DNA from: Octopus vulgaris
Lineage: Eukaryota
NCBI GenBank assembly: GCA_951406725.2
Contig: OX597828.1
Location: forward strand, 53,196,001-53,260,000
Length of the DNA stretch: 64,000 nucleotides
Direction: 5' to 3'
Shown here: one piece after another, positions 40,326 to 54,430 of the stretch
Numbering within the stretch: the stretch's first letter is position 1
Layout of the letters: every line of letters begins with the position of its first letter
Notes under the pieces: generated by a model
The model's database searches: none
What the model saw: only the letters and a program-made list of their open reading frames with translations
Told to the model about the DNA's origin: nothing
Made by a program: the position numbers and the translations under genes

Positions 40326-42829
40326 TAATTATATAAAATATGAGCACGAACGACATCAAATAACAAAAATAAGGGTAAAAAATGAGCGACTATAATAACT
40401 TTAAGAACAACAGTAACAAACTTGAAAAGGTACAAATAAATAAATAAATAAATAAAAAAGAATTAAATAAATAAACGAAAGAATGAGAACAAAAAACAAG
40501 ATGGAGCATTTTTTTTTCACTGATGTTGCCCTTCCGCCATTTTGCTTTCGTTATAATCAAGCTTCATTTGACTTGGCCACTTCCGGTAGAAATCAACGTG
40601 CCGAAAGAAACCGAGAAGGGAGAAAACAGAAGTTAAGACAGCGACACCTACAGCTGCCAGACTTTAATTATGCCGTCTGTTTTTTTTCAAACCATACAGG
40701 CATACTACGCATATACACATACATTCACACACACACATACACACACTCACATGCACACATACACACATGCAGACATAAACACACATATATATACGCATAT
40801 ACCTACGCAGCCATGCATAGTTTCACTCTCTCTCTCCCACACACTCCCCTGTATATACATACATCCACATACACACACATACTCATATATATAGATTATA
40901 TAAAAATATATATATGTATCTATATATGTGTGCGTATATGTGTGTATGTGAGTGTGTATCAACATATATTTCTCTATGTATGCATATATTGTTACATAGA
41001 TTGATAGAGACTGACTAACAGACAGTAGACAGACAGGCAGACAGGCGGTTACGTAGATATATCTAGCTGCCACATTACAGCCATCACAACATGGATGTCA
41101 TTGTCACACCAACATCGCCAACACAACTATATCGCCACACTAAAATGGCAACAGCGCCGTCATAACGACACTCATCAAAACCATCATTGGCACTGACCAG
41201 TAATACGACCTCTACCACCACCACCACAGCAACAACAACACCAATTAGAACAATCTCATGATTTCAATACGAAACTATCAAAACTACCTCTTTATACTAG
41301 TTGTCTTCTCGTGAATTTTGCAACGTATTTGTTAGATATAGTCAGTAATATTTTCCTTCTATAGACATCTTAGACTTTTCTTTACATTCTGTGTTACGCG
41401 TGTGTATAATTCAACAAAATGCTGAGCGAATTACAAAAATACGTTCTGGAACAATGTCTCTGACTACGACACTTCACTACTATTATCGTTTTAAGAATGA
41501 ATGCGTATCAATATAGAGGTTAATACAGTTTTATTTCTACAGAGAAGCAGTTTCTTTTTACCTTGGTCTTCTAATTTTCGTGTCAAGGAGGAAAATGTCG
41601 AAATTATTTCACTTGCTTTTTGCTTTTCTTAACATTCTCATATAAAGCAAGTGGTTCAAAATAATATATATAACTTAAACGTAATGTTTAAATACGTTTA
41701 GATATATTGCTTAAATGTGTACTACTTCATATTTTATCTGTATCTATAGACAGTCCGTTTCTGTATTTTGTACGTTATCAGTATAAACGAATGAAAGACT
41801 ATTTAAAAAATTTTAATTCAAGTTTTGTATTCAAGTTACTGCATTCTTCATTTGAAAGCAGAAGACAGATAAAGGGATAGAAAGCGGAAAGAAGAAGATA
41901 GTCACACAGATGTACATATATATATATAGAGAGAGAGGGGGGAGGGGGAGACTGAAAGAGTACAAAAACGGGGAAGGAAAGAAAAATAAAAAGAATTTGG
42001 TTCATAATGTGTTCCTCTTCTTGCTCTGTCCAGTGTGAAAGTAGTCAATACAAGTTCCAATTTCGTTACAGTAAGAAATTCCACATCGCTTTTCTACAAC
42101 ACCTATCATTTTTAGTCTGTGCGAACATGTGTGTGAGTGTATCGTTGTATCTATGCCGTAACAGACATACATGAACAATGTACGTGAAAGTGGTCCTTAG
42201 GTGTTGCGTTAGGATGCGTTGCGCTACCGCCATTGTTGGGTGGGTTAATGAAAATGTACCACAATAGACGGTGGCACACATTTCTTTCTTTATAGCAGCA
42301 TTTTAAGAGAACGAGTTGGCAGAATCGTTCGCACGGTGTGCAAAATGGTTAGCAAGAATAACGTCTGTCTTTACGTTCCGAGTTCTAAATCGGCCAAGAT
42401 TTTATTCTTTCGGGGTCGATGAAATAAAGCACCAAAATCACTGAGGCTGAGGTAAACGACTTACTCTCTCGTTACGTACGTGCTGGCTTTGTGCCAAAAT
42501 ATGAAACCATTTTAACTTCTGAGTTATCCATGTAACATGTAAGCAGTGAAAGCTTGCGTAAACTATTTGAAATACTCGGCCTTAAATGCATGTTTATTTA
42601 TGTGTGCATACATATATGTATGTACGTATGTATGTATGAATGTGTGTGCGTGTGTGTGCGTATGTGTGTGTGTGTGTGTGTGTACAAGTATTCTTATATT
42701 AGATATGAAACTGACAATGTGAAATGAAATAGCAAAAGTACAGCAGTTTAAGTTTTACTTTGTGTTTCGACATTTCGGAGTTAGGACCCTTTCTCAGGAC
42801 ACGGGGTGCATTATTAATATATATAAATA

Positions 42830-42885
<56 letters not shown>

Positions 42886-43391
42886 TGTGTGTGTGAGAGA
42901 GAGAATGTGTGTGTGTGTGAGAGAGAATGTGTGTGCGCGTGTGTGTGTGTAAGCAGAAATAGCTATACAAATACTTATACATATATACGTATTTATAGGC
43001 AAACATATACATATAGAGACGCTCACTCACGCACAAATACACACACGCATAAATACACACACGCACACAGCTATGAATGTATAAATATATCCATAACTGT
43101 ATATGTCTGCGTATATATGTAAGTGTGTGACTCTTTCTGCATAAAGAGAAATATTTTTGATGAACCTACTCAAATACATGCTTCAAACAAGTGAGTTAGG
43201 CGTGAATGTGTGTGTGTGTGTATGTGTGTGTCCGTGTGCGCGCGCCTTTGCGTAAAGTTCCAAATCGATGAAGGTTGTTAATCATTTTTTTTTTCAATCT
43301 CCCGAAAAGTAGCTAAATTTGTTCCTTTTACATGCCTGCTACATAGGTTTCATAAATTATATCATATCATAATACTCAGTTGACTGAAATA

Positions 43392-43865
43392 CCCGTTGAC
43401 AGGCCCCTTATATTGAATAAAGTGTTAGCCCTTACAGTGTAAATGCAGTTTTCTGTAGCTATTGTAACTGTTTATTAAAGAAACAGCTTGGCTGCTTATT
43501 TCCCTGGAATTGGGCAAATTGATGCAGACATCTCTGATGAGAGTGCAATAAGTTACGAAAATCGATTAAGGCTGATCATAATTTGTTTTCAATCTACGAC
43601 ATTACTAAATTAGCCTCGTTTACATATATCACACCTAGATAATGTGTGTACTGAGAACACTTTTGATAGGCCTTGATATTCAATAAAGTGTTAACACTTC
43701 TAATTCTCTGTAGCTTCTGAAAATGAAGAATATATAGACAGATTGGTCAGACTATTATTGATACCTCTGAGTCGAAGCCAATAAGGTCCGTAAATCGATT
43801 AAGACTGTTCAACATTTTTCACAATCTACGAAGAAATAACTAAATTAGCCCTGGTTATTTACTAC
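43392..43865 (+). repeat. Diverged tandem duplication (about 240-270 bp period) containing a hammerhead-like motif
   Basis: Shared blocks TATT(G/C)AATAAAGTGTTA, CTCTGA, AAATCGATTAAG(G/A)CTG and CAATCTACGA..ACTAAATTAGCC in both units. Confidence 0.6.
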
Positions 43866-43874
43866 ATGTTATAA

Positions 43875-43950
<76 letters not shown>

Positions 43951-43951
<1 letters not shown>

Positions 43952-44262
43952 GGAGCACTCCGTCGGTTGCGACGACGGGGGTCCCAGCTGATACAATCAA
44001 CGGAACAGGTTGCTCGTGAAATTAACGTGCAAGTGGCTGAGCACTCCACAAACACGTAGTTCTCGGAGGAGATTTAGCGTAACAACAGAGGGTGACAAGG
44101 CTGACCCTTTGAAATACAGGTACTTACTCATTTTTGCCAGCTGAGTGGACTGGAGCAACGTGAAATAAAGCGTCTTGCTCAAGGACACAACTCGCCGCCG
44201 GGAATTGAACTCATGACTTTACGATCATGAGCCGAATGCACCTAACCACTAAGCCACGCGCC

Positions 44263-44266
<4 letters not shown>
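43951..44266 (-). mobile_element. SINE family C, full length
   Basis: GTGAAGGCGCGTGGCTTAGTGGTTAG A box, GAGTTCAATTCC B box, GTGTCCTTGAGCAAGACGC core. Confidence 0.85.
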
Positions 44267-44326
<60 letters not shown>

Positions 44327-44382
44327 AACACGCATTATATATATACATATCAAACACACATATAGAGATATGTAATAATTCA

Positions 44383-44423
<41 letters not shown>

Positions 44424-44578
44424 GAGAGAGAGAGAGAGAGATACATACATACATACATACATACACATATATAACTAATATACCCGCTTGTTGTTCCCTC
44501 GCTTGTCTTCGCCTTTTCTGTTCTGTAAATTTGAACTATATATATGATTCTTTCTCCTTCTCTCTCTCTCTCTCTCTG

Positions 44579-44626
<48 letters not shown>

Positions 44627-45345
44627 TATATGAGTAAATGTGGGAATGTGTACGTATGTCTGTTGTTCTATAAATATTCCTCCCCACCCACCCCACCCAT
44701 AGCAAACACGCAATTGCCTCCAAGGCCAATTTCCCAAATAGCAAGGAATACCTTCACCTCTTCTATCACCACCTCCATATTTTGGTTCTTCCTTGCTTGT
44801 TTTTTTTTTTATATTTCTAATCGTTGTCTCATTCCTCCCCCCCATTTTCTCTTGCTCATCATCATCCTCTTGCTCATCACCATCAGCTTCTTCTTCTTCT
44901 TCTTCTTCTTCTTCTTCTTCTTCTTCTTCTTCTTCTTCTTCTATTACTTCTTCTACTTCTCCTTCTTCTTCTTCGTCTTCTTCTTTTTCTCCTCCTTCAT
45001 CTTATTCTTATTCTTCATCATCATCATCATCATCATCATCATTATCCTCTCTTCATCTTTTTGTTTGTCAATATCGCCCTCATCGTCCTCCTCCTCGTCA
45101 TCATTATGAGCATCATCATCATCGTCCTCGTCGTCGTCAATATCATCATCATCAACAGCAGCAACATCATCATCATTCATCGTCATCGTCATCATCATTC
45201 GAACCAAGCATCTTTGAACAATGGAAAAACTTCAGCCGGATAGGATTAGGTGTGTTTAGAAAATTTTCTTCTATCGCATTACATTCTGTCTGATATATTT
45301 CAAATCTACATATAGATGCATACACATAGACATAGACACAGAGGT

Positions 45346-45411
<66 letters not shown>

Positions 45412-45437
45412 ATATGTATGTATATATATATATATAT

Positions 45438-45608
<171 letters not shown>

Positions 45609-46239
45609 GTATATATATATGAATTCATCTGCGTGTATGTGTGTGTGTGTGTGTATTTGAAACGTCCCTGACACACATCCTGCCGCGTTATTTCAACATG
45701 GAGACATGTTTCGTGAGCCCAGAAATGATAGCGCTTTGATGTTTGTCTGTTATTATTTCATTCTGCATCCGAAAGCAAAATCATTTATTTCCCTCAATGT
45801 CTATCTGTCAGCTTAATCTGTCTGTCTATCTGCACGTCTGTTTATCTATCTACCTATCTAACCTTTTATTTATACCCTCACGCCCCCCCCCCCCACGCAC
45901 TCTTGCTTATCTACATAAACTGTTTGCAGATATATATATATTTGCGCTATATATAAATGTGTGTATGTGTGTGTTTGCATGTGTATGTTTATCTGTTCGT
46001 TCCTTTTCATGATTATTTTCTTTTTTTTTTTTGAGAGGAGGGGTATGCTTTATTTTACTCTTTACTGTCTGTCTTTCGTTTCTTGTAATTAAAGTAGTCA
46101 AAAAGATAATCTATAGTGAAGAAGGAAGATGGAAGAGACCACGATCATACGGCAATGTGCATACACACATACATACATACATACACAAACACATATCTAT
46201 CTACATACATGTGTATGTGTGTATGCATGTGTATGTATA

Positions 46240-46297
<58 letters not shown>

Positions 46298-46351
46298 TGT
46301 ATGTATATATACATATATATATATATGTATGCATGTATGAATGTATATGTA

Positions 46352-46403
<52 letters not shown>

Positions 46404-48545
46404 CAGACATACCTCATACTACGAGGTTAACTAGTTACGGGAAACACGACTTCAGTCGAATTGACTTTCTCTAGGCTAGGCTAGACTGAATTTACTTGTC
46501 TCTAGGCTAAACCAATAATAACCATTTTGTACTTTAATTATGAATGCATTTTCAATAATTTTTATTTTTTAATGCATTACAGTAAAAAAAAAAAGTAATT
46601 CAAATTTACGAATACAATTTACGGACGCTTTATTTATGAATGTGGTTAAAATAAAAGCCTTTTTAAGCTTAAAAAACAAATTCAGTAATTATTTGTATTT
46701 TGCGATTGAAAAAAATTTTTTTGATTATTTAAAATTCACCAATACTTACATACTATTTGGTGGTTTACATCGCGGATGTAGATGGCTGTGGATCGGCAAC
46801 ATCAACAGCTGACTCTGGCCTTTCTTGTTGTTCGATGCACTTAAAAACCGGTTGAGAGTTCCTTGAATTGTCTTCTTTTCCTGAAGGATTACATTATAAG
46901 GAGTAAAAGATTCGTGACAAACTCCCATAATCTTAGAAAAACGTTGAGTATCTGGATCCATATTCTCGAACATAGAATGACTTTTCTCGATATATGCAAA
47001 TGCTGCATTTTCTTAATAATAAAGTGACGTGGCTCAGGTTCGACATCCTCTTTTTTATTTTGCTGCTCATGAAGCTCTGTCAAATCCTCGCTCGTCAGAG
47101 GCTGCTTGTCTTTTACAAATAAATCTGTAAAATCCTCCTCCTCCCGATCCATTTCCAGTTCTTTGCTTGTAGTCACCAACGTTTAGTTGATGGCAACATT
47201 ATCAAACCCTTTGAAATAATTCACGAATTGCGGGCATAGCTTCTTCCATACACCATTCATAGCCGTGCTCTGTACATCAATCCATGCTGTTGCTATGTTC
47301 TGTACAGCCTTGTAGATATCGTATCTCTTCCAAAAGTCACGAAGTGTGATGTACTCATCAAGATCTGTTGCAGCTTTTGCTTGCCGCAGCATACACATCA
47401 TATAGTGACGCTTGAAGATAGAAATTATTCACTGATCCATTGGCTGTGGTATTTGAAGGGAGGTATACGATGGTAATTTTAGAAACAAAATATACAATGT
47501 TTTGTGGGTGGCCAGGAGCATTATCTAAGGTAAGTAAAACCTTTAAAAGAATCCCCTTTCTCCCTACAGCTCGTCTCTTCTGCTGAGATAAAATGATTGA
47601 TGAATCAATCTTCAAAAACAACAATAACCCATGCCTTTGAATTAGCCATCCATATAACAGGGAGAGATGCCTTGGGTATGTCCTTCAGGGCACGGATGCT
47701 GTGTGCATGATACACTAACAATGGTTTTAACTTAAAATCTCCTGCACAAAATGCTCCCAACATAATGGTCACACGTTCTTTTGAGACCTTGTAGCCTGGA
47801 ATAGTTTTCTCCTCCTTGGAAATGAATGAACAGTCTGGCAACTTTTTCCAATACATTCCAGTTTCGTCTACCTTAAAAATCTGTTTGAGAAGAAACCCAT
47901 TTCCTTCGATGATTTTCTTTAATGCATTGGGAAATTCCGCTGCTGCTTGTTCGTCAGCTGATGCCCTTTCACCTTGCTTCTTAATGGAATAATAACTTCT
48001 TCGCTCTTTAAATCTCATGAACCATCCTTGACTTAACTTGAACTCTACATCTTTCTCATCTGGATATTTTTTCTTCAGGTCCTCAAACAAAGACAACGCT
48101 TTCTCTTGAATGATTTCTTGACTAATAGTAGCGCGCTGACGATTCAACCAAACAATCCAAAGAGAAAGAAGACACCATTTCTTCAAATATTTTACCTCTT
48201 TCCTTACTGATGACAGTGTTCATCATCCTGGGGTTGCGGATTTGATATGTGCTAAAACCTTGCCCTTATTATATACAACAGTTGAAACAGTTGTCCGACT
48301 CATTCCAAAAGACCGTGCAATTGCAACTACTTTTTCACCTTTCCATGGTGTTCTATCACAGCCAGTTTATCTTCCAGCATTATAGCATGGCGCTTAGCAC
48401 TTTCACTATGAATTTTCTTACGAGCCATGTGGGTAAAAATAAAGTCACAAATAGATGAAAATGAGAAAGTAGCCAATAAACAGACGTAAACAAATCTGAA
48501 TCCAAAACAATCGTAGCGTCACAAGCGTTTCACCTCTTTAGTCTG
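46404..48545 (-). mobile_element. pogo/Tigger DNA transposon with a disrupted transposase
   Basis: ORF 47605-48186: CENP-B-type HTH (IIQEKAL...FKLSQGWFMRFKER) and QIFKVDETGMYWK..KERVTIML; next frame LLTLDNAPGHP..YLPSNTT; left end TA|CAGACATACCTC is Tigger-like. Right boundary uncertain. Confidence 0.9.
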
Positions 48546-48974
48546 TATGCTTTGTTTAAGTGGAGAAAAGAAAATTAAACTAGTCTCTTGTCAGCTATAA
48601 CAAATTTAAGCTTGTTTCATCTGCTATGTCTGATGGCTCTCTTCAGTTGTCTAAGTTTCAGACTTATCTTCTGTAGGAAATACCGCACTCAGCTGGATAG
48701 AAAGCCTCTGAGCCGACTTCAATGAGGAATGAGGTCGTATACCAGCTCATGACATTGGCCTCATTGACTAACTTCTGATATTTGATTTTCTCTGTCTCGT
48801 AGGAAATATTGACCCTGAATAAAAAGTTGGCTGATGAAAGGGGTTTATCTATGTCAATTATTTATTATATTTCTTGTCCTGTTCCTTGTTTGCTTGTCGC
48901 TCTCCATTATATACAAATATAATGCTCTCTCTCTCTCCCTCTCACTCACGTGTTTGTATACCTAAGCATATCTA

Positions 48975-49922
48975 TTACGTTGTCAAGAAAGTTCTTGCGG
49001 TTTTTAGCCTTTAAATTCAGATGCACATATCTCGGCTCAAACAAAACTTTATTAATCGAAATAGACACCATCAGAATCAACACACTTTTGCCAACGCGAA
49101 ACAAGTTTATTTATACCAGTAGCGTAAAAATCCTGTGTTCTGGTGGCGATGAAGTCGTTGAAGGCGTGTTTGGCATCGTCTTGGTTTCTGAATCATTTCT
49201 CACGCAAGAAGTTGTCGAGATGCTTGAAGAAGTGGTAGTCGGTAGGCGAGAGGTCTCGTAAGTATGGCGGATGAGGCAGAGTTTCGTAGCCCAATTCGTT
49301 CAACTTCTGCAGGGGAAGTTGTGCGGCGTTGTCGGGAAGAAGAATTAGTCCTTTTCTATTGACCAATGCTGGCTGTTGTTGTCGGAGTTTCTTATGTATT
49401 TCATTCATTTGTATCCAATGTATCCAAAAAGTGGTTGAAAATTGTCGTATACGTTACGTCAAATTCAGAAGCAAGCTCTCGAACACTTGTGCGTTGGTTG
49501 GCTTCGCCTTTGGCTCTTAGTTGATCGTTGTCAACATTCGATGGCCGACCACTACGCTTATCTTCTTCAAGACTCTCGTCACCGCTACGAAATTTCTTGA
49601 ACCACCATTGTGCTGTACGTTCATTAGTGGTTCCTGGGCCAAACGCATCGTTGATATCGCGAGCTGTTTCAGCAGCTTTTTGGCCTAGCTTGAACTGGAA
49701 TAAGAAAAATGTGCGAATTTGCTCTTTGTCCATGTTGTATTCAACGTTTCGAAAAAAATGGCCTAATTATTCAAAAAGAAAAAAAGTAAGACAATTAGAT
49801 AGAGAGAAAAACGGGATTTAAAATGATATATAAAGTCAAAGTAATTTAACGAAAATTGATTTGAAAATACATCATTTAAAACCAAAATTTAAAATTCCAC
49901 AAGAACTTTCTTGATAACCTAA
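48975..49922 (-). mobile_element. mariner transposon, internally deleted, both TIRs present
   Basis: TIRs TTACGTTGTCAAGAAAGTTCTTGCGG / CCACAAGAACTTTCTTGATAACCTAA flanked by TA; peptides ERTAQWWFKKFRSGD..RSGRP and DNA..LPHPPYLRDLSPTDYHFF. Confidence 0.93.
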
Positions 49923-50196
49923 TATACACAGATACACATACACACATATTTAACGGACTTTTCTCTACTTTCTTGAAAGATACATCAATGCCAAAAGTGA
50001 TACAAACTACATGAGATTACAAGTGATAAAACATCGATAGAGTATACCATGATTCGTAGAATTTGAATAAAAATCAATCACGTTTAATATGACAGAAACT
50101 TCGAAATTTCGGCATAGCTGCTTCTGGCCACATTGTGATGACAATCTGATGAAATTGACAAAGTTGAAATTTTGAAGTCAGTTATCCTTTTAAAAT

Positions 50197-50234
<38 letters not shown>

Positions 50235-50881
50235 TATATGCGTGAGTGTGTTTGTGTGTGTATTAGTATATAATAAATGTATATGTTTGAATGTATCACG
50301 TGTGTGTGTGTGTGTGTGTGTGTGTCTGTATGTGTGTGTGTGTGTGTCTGTGTTATGCTTACGCTATGCATATCTCGTAATGCAACGTTCTGAGAAATAA
50401 ATATCGATGCAATTAATAGCGAACATCATTCTGAAAGCTGATAGTCGGATCACCACCATTGTCATTCCACATTACTATCACCACCTACACTACCGTCACT
50501 TCCATCACCACTACTACAACACCAACGACATCAGCAACAACAGCAACCACCACGAGGACAACAACTACAATAACTTTGTATATATTTGATCCCTTCTAAC
50601 TCCTCGTTCAAAACAACCAAAACAACACCACTTCCAGCACCACCACCACCACCACTACCACTGCCACCACCGCCGGCAGCAATTTCATCGCTTCTTTTAG
50701 CACTAGCATAGTCACACCTCCACCAACTACTCTAACACCACAGTCGCCACAACTACAGCAATAGCTACATCAACAATAGTAGCACATATTTCACAAATTC
50801 TACTACTACAACCTTCACTGATTCAGTGGTATCACAACTGCGCCGATCACCGCCAACAGAAAACACCCAAGCATTTATACC

Positions 50882-51351
50882 TATTTCTTTACTACCCACA
50901 AGGGGCTAAACACAGAGCAGACAAACAAGGACAGACAAACGGATTAAGTCGATAATATCGACCCCAGTGCGTAACTGGTACTTATTTAATCGACCCCGAA
51001 AGGATGAAAGGCAAAGTCGACCTCGGCGGAATTTGAACTCAGAACGTAACGACAGACGAAATACGGCTACGCATTTCGCCCGGCGTGCTTACGTTTCTGC
51101 CAGCTCGCCGTCTTTATACCTATTTCTTTACTACCCACAAGGGGCTAAACACAGAGGGGACAAACAAGGACAGACAGACAGATTAAGTCGATTATATCGA
51201 CCCCAGTGTGTAACTGGTACTTATTTGATCGACTCCGAAAAGATGAAAGGCAAAGTCGACCTCGGCGGAATTTGAACTCAGAACGTAACGGCAGACGAAA
51301 TACGGCTACGCATTTCTCCCGGCGTGCTACCGTTTCTGCCAGCTCGCTGCC
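50882..51351 (-). mobile_element. Two full-length family A SINEs in tandem
   Basis: 50882-51111 and 51121-51351, separated and flanked by TTTATACC. Confidence 0.93.
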
Positions 51352-52274
51352 TTTATACCAGTAGCATTACAACCACGGCTACGTCACTAACAACCTACAT
51401 CACTGAGCGAAACGACCAACACGATAGCAATAACTACAAGGAAAACAAACTCCACAACAGTAATTATTGCTTCTATAACCAGCATCGCTACCACAACAAG
51501 AACAAACACAACTACCACCACAATGACAAGGGTAGTAACAACAAGAGTTGTAACATCAACAACAAATATAACCTCCATGACAACAACCAAAGAACAACGG
51601 CATCGAAAGTAGCAACAACAACAATCTTCACCGGCACCACCACAACGATAACACCACCAACAACAACAGCAACAACAACAGCGATTATCTTAACAGCAAT
51701 TTGCTGTGAAATTAATTACACGTGACACGCCATTATCATTGAGTTTTGTTGGACCACCTTAGCCCCGTCATTTTGACGCCAATTACTTTAGTTCTTGTAT
51801 CGAGTTGGGAATTTTTTTGAGAGAGAGAGAGAGTGTGTGTGTATGTGCGTGAATAGAATTAGGTAGGTGTATTAGGGAGTTGTGATTAGGGAAGAGTAAG
51901 GGACGGGAAAAGAGAGAATGACGGGAGAGGATGTAATGGAGAAACATCGGAAGATTTAAGAAAAGAAAGAGAAAAAGAAAGATAGGGGAAGAGAGATTGG
52001 AAGTAACAGAAAGATTATTGAAGTAGGGGGATTAGGGAGCAGCATTGATTAGGGGTGAGTGCTGAAGGAACGAAAGGAATCGAAAGAGAAAAAAAAATTC
52101 AAGACTGATATAGCAAGAAGTTGGAAATTTTGAGGAAGACAAAAAGAAAATCAGAGAATAATGGAGAATTGGAAGAAGAGAGAGAGAGAGACAAAAAACA
52201 ACTTAAAAGAACAAGGAATTTGAAATAACCAGCATGACGATGGAACTCTTTCGAATAATAATAATAATAATAAT

Positions 52275-52485
52275 TCGTTCTAATGTAGGTACAAGACCTG
52301 AAATTTTGGAAGAGGTGGATAGTCGATTAAAGTCGATCCCCAGTGGTACTTATTTTATTGATCCTGATGGATGAAAGGCAAAGTCGACTTTGGCGTAATT
52401 TGAAAGTGAAGACGGACGAAATGCCGCTCAGCATTTTCCTCAAAGTGCTAACGATTCTGCCAGAATCCAAAGTGAATCTGCCAGC

Positions 52486-52546
<61 letters not shown>

Positions 52547-53100
52547 CATTTCTGCTACAGGCACAAGGCCTGAAATTTCGTTAGAGGGGAATAATTGATT
52601 ACATCAACCCAAGTACTCAACTGGTACTTATTTTATTGATCCGCAAGGATGAAAGGCAAAGTCAGACCCGGCGAAATTTGAACTCAGAAGTCAAGACTGA
52701 TGAAATCCCGGTAAGTATTTTGCCCGGCGTGCTAAATATTCTGCCAGCTCATCGCCTAAATGATAATAGTAGCAATAATAATAACAAGAGCACTTAAAGA
52801 GCGCAAACCTCCGTCAAGGTAACACCAACGTCCTCTCAACGTTTATCCAGAGATGACTTTTAAACGAAATACCTATTTCTTTACTACCCTCAAGGGACTA
52901 AACACAGAGAGGAACAACAAGGACAGACAAACGGATTAAGTCGATTATATCGACACCAGTGCGTAACTGGTACATATTTAATCGAACCCGAAAGAATGAA
53001 AGACAAAGTCGGCCTCGGCTGAATTTGAACTCAGAACGTAGCGGCAGACGAAATACCGCTAATCATTTCGCCCGGCGTGCTAACGACTCTGCCAGCTCAC
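52275..53100 (-). mobile_element. Three family A SINEs (52275-52465, 52550-52757, 52874-53100) and a HINE fragment
   Basis: Repeated GATGAAAGGCAAAGTC..GAATTTGAACTCAG..CTGCCAGCT blocks. Confidence 0.8.
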
Positions 53101-53723
53101 TGCTAGCAAATATTATAAGTAATTATGTATAGCTTGAATATGTTTCAGTGCATTTGTGATGTATAAGTAGACATTGTCATCCGGACATCTACTTATTAAT
53201 TATTCTAATATGGGTATATGTGGATTTGAGCGGTGGAGCGGGTGTACATGTATACCTAGATTTTCCCCACACACACATACACAAAAACGTACACATATAA
53301 TAAAGTCGTGGGTATCGATCAGTTGCCGTAGAAGTGTTTGTTAACTTCTAGTATATGCAGGTTTGTGTAGAGAATGAGTGATGTTTGCTAATCGATAAAT
53401 ATAGTTTATTAATCTATGTTTCAAATACGCTTCGTCCCATAACAACATTATAAATTTGAATGAAGGGAAATAAGTTAAAGGAGGGAAAAGAAGACGTAGT
53501 TCCGTACCTCATAAGTTTCAACAATGCACGGGATCTGTGTTACGTAATATTAAACATGTTACGTAATTTTGCCATACATTTTGTCGTCAGTTATAACTAC
53601 CTTATCTCGTGAAATCATTTGTCATAAAACAAGTCGGTTATAAATAACAAGATGTATGGTAAAATTATGCATAAGTTTTCATTTTGAATTATATGGATCA
53701 CATACATCTCCGAAGCATATGTA

Positions 53724-53894
53724 GGCGTAGGAGTGGCTGTGTGGTAAGTAGCTTGCTTACCAACCTTATGGTTCCTGGTTCAGTCCCACTGCGTGGCAGC
53801 TTGGGCAAGTGTCTTCTACTATAGCCTCGCGCCGACCAAAAACTTGTGAGTGGATTTGGTAGACGGAAACTGAAAGAAACTCGACGTATACATG

Positions 53895-53939
<45 letters not shown>

Positions 53940-54135
53940 ATATGTTTGTGTGTCTGTGTTTGTCCCCCAAGCATCGCTTGACAACCGATGCTGGTGTGTC
54001 TAAGTCCCCGTAATTTAGCGGTTCGGCAAAATAACGGATAGAATAAGTCATGGGGTCGATTTGCTCGACTAAAGGCGGTGTTCCAGCATGGCCGCAGTCA
54101 AATGACTGAAACAGGCAAAAGAGTGAAAGAGTAAA
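53724..54135 (+). mobile_element. SINE family B, full length with internal (TA)/(TG)n
   Basis: tRNA-like head GGAGTGGCTGTGTGGTAAG..GGTTCAGTCCC, CTTGGGCAAGT core, tail GGCCGCAGTCAAATGACTGAAAC followed by an AAAGAGT-like repeat. Confidence 0.88.
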
Positions 54136-54254
54136 AGGGTACATAACTTCTTCCTTTCTTTCAATTCGGTCAAAAACGCACACGTACAAGTTCGCACACA
54201 CTCATACGCATAAACACATACACATAGATAGATAGGTAGACAGACAGACAGATG

Positions 54255-54303
<49 letters not shown>

Positions 54304-54304
54304 G

Positions 54305-54349
<45 letters not shown>

Positions 54350-54350
54350 C

Positions 54351-54397
<47 letters not shown>

Positions 54398-54430
54398 GGA
54401 TGGATAGATGGATGGATAGATAGATAGATA

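Noticed and set aside
45700-45725. GAAACATGTC hammerhead-like half motif on the minus strand
   Set aside because: No CUGANGA core upstream.
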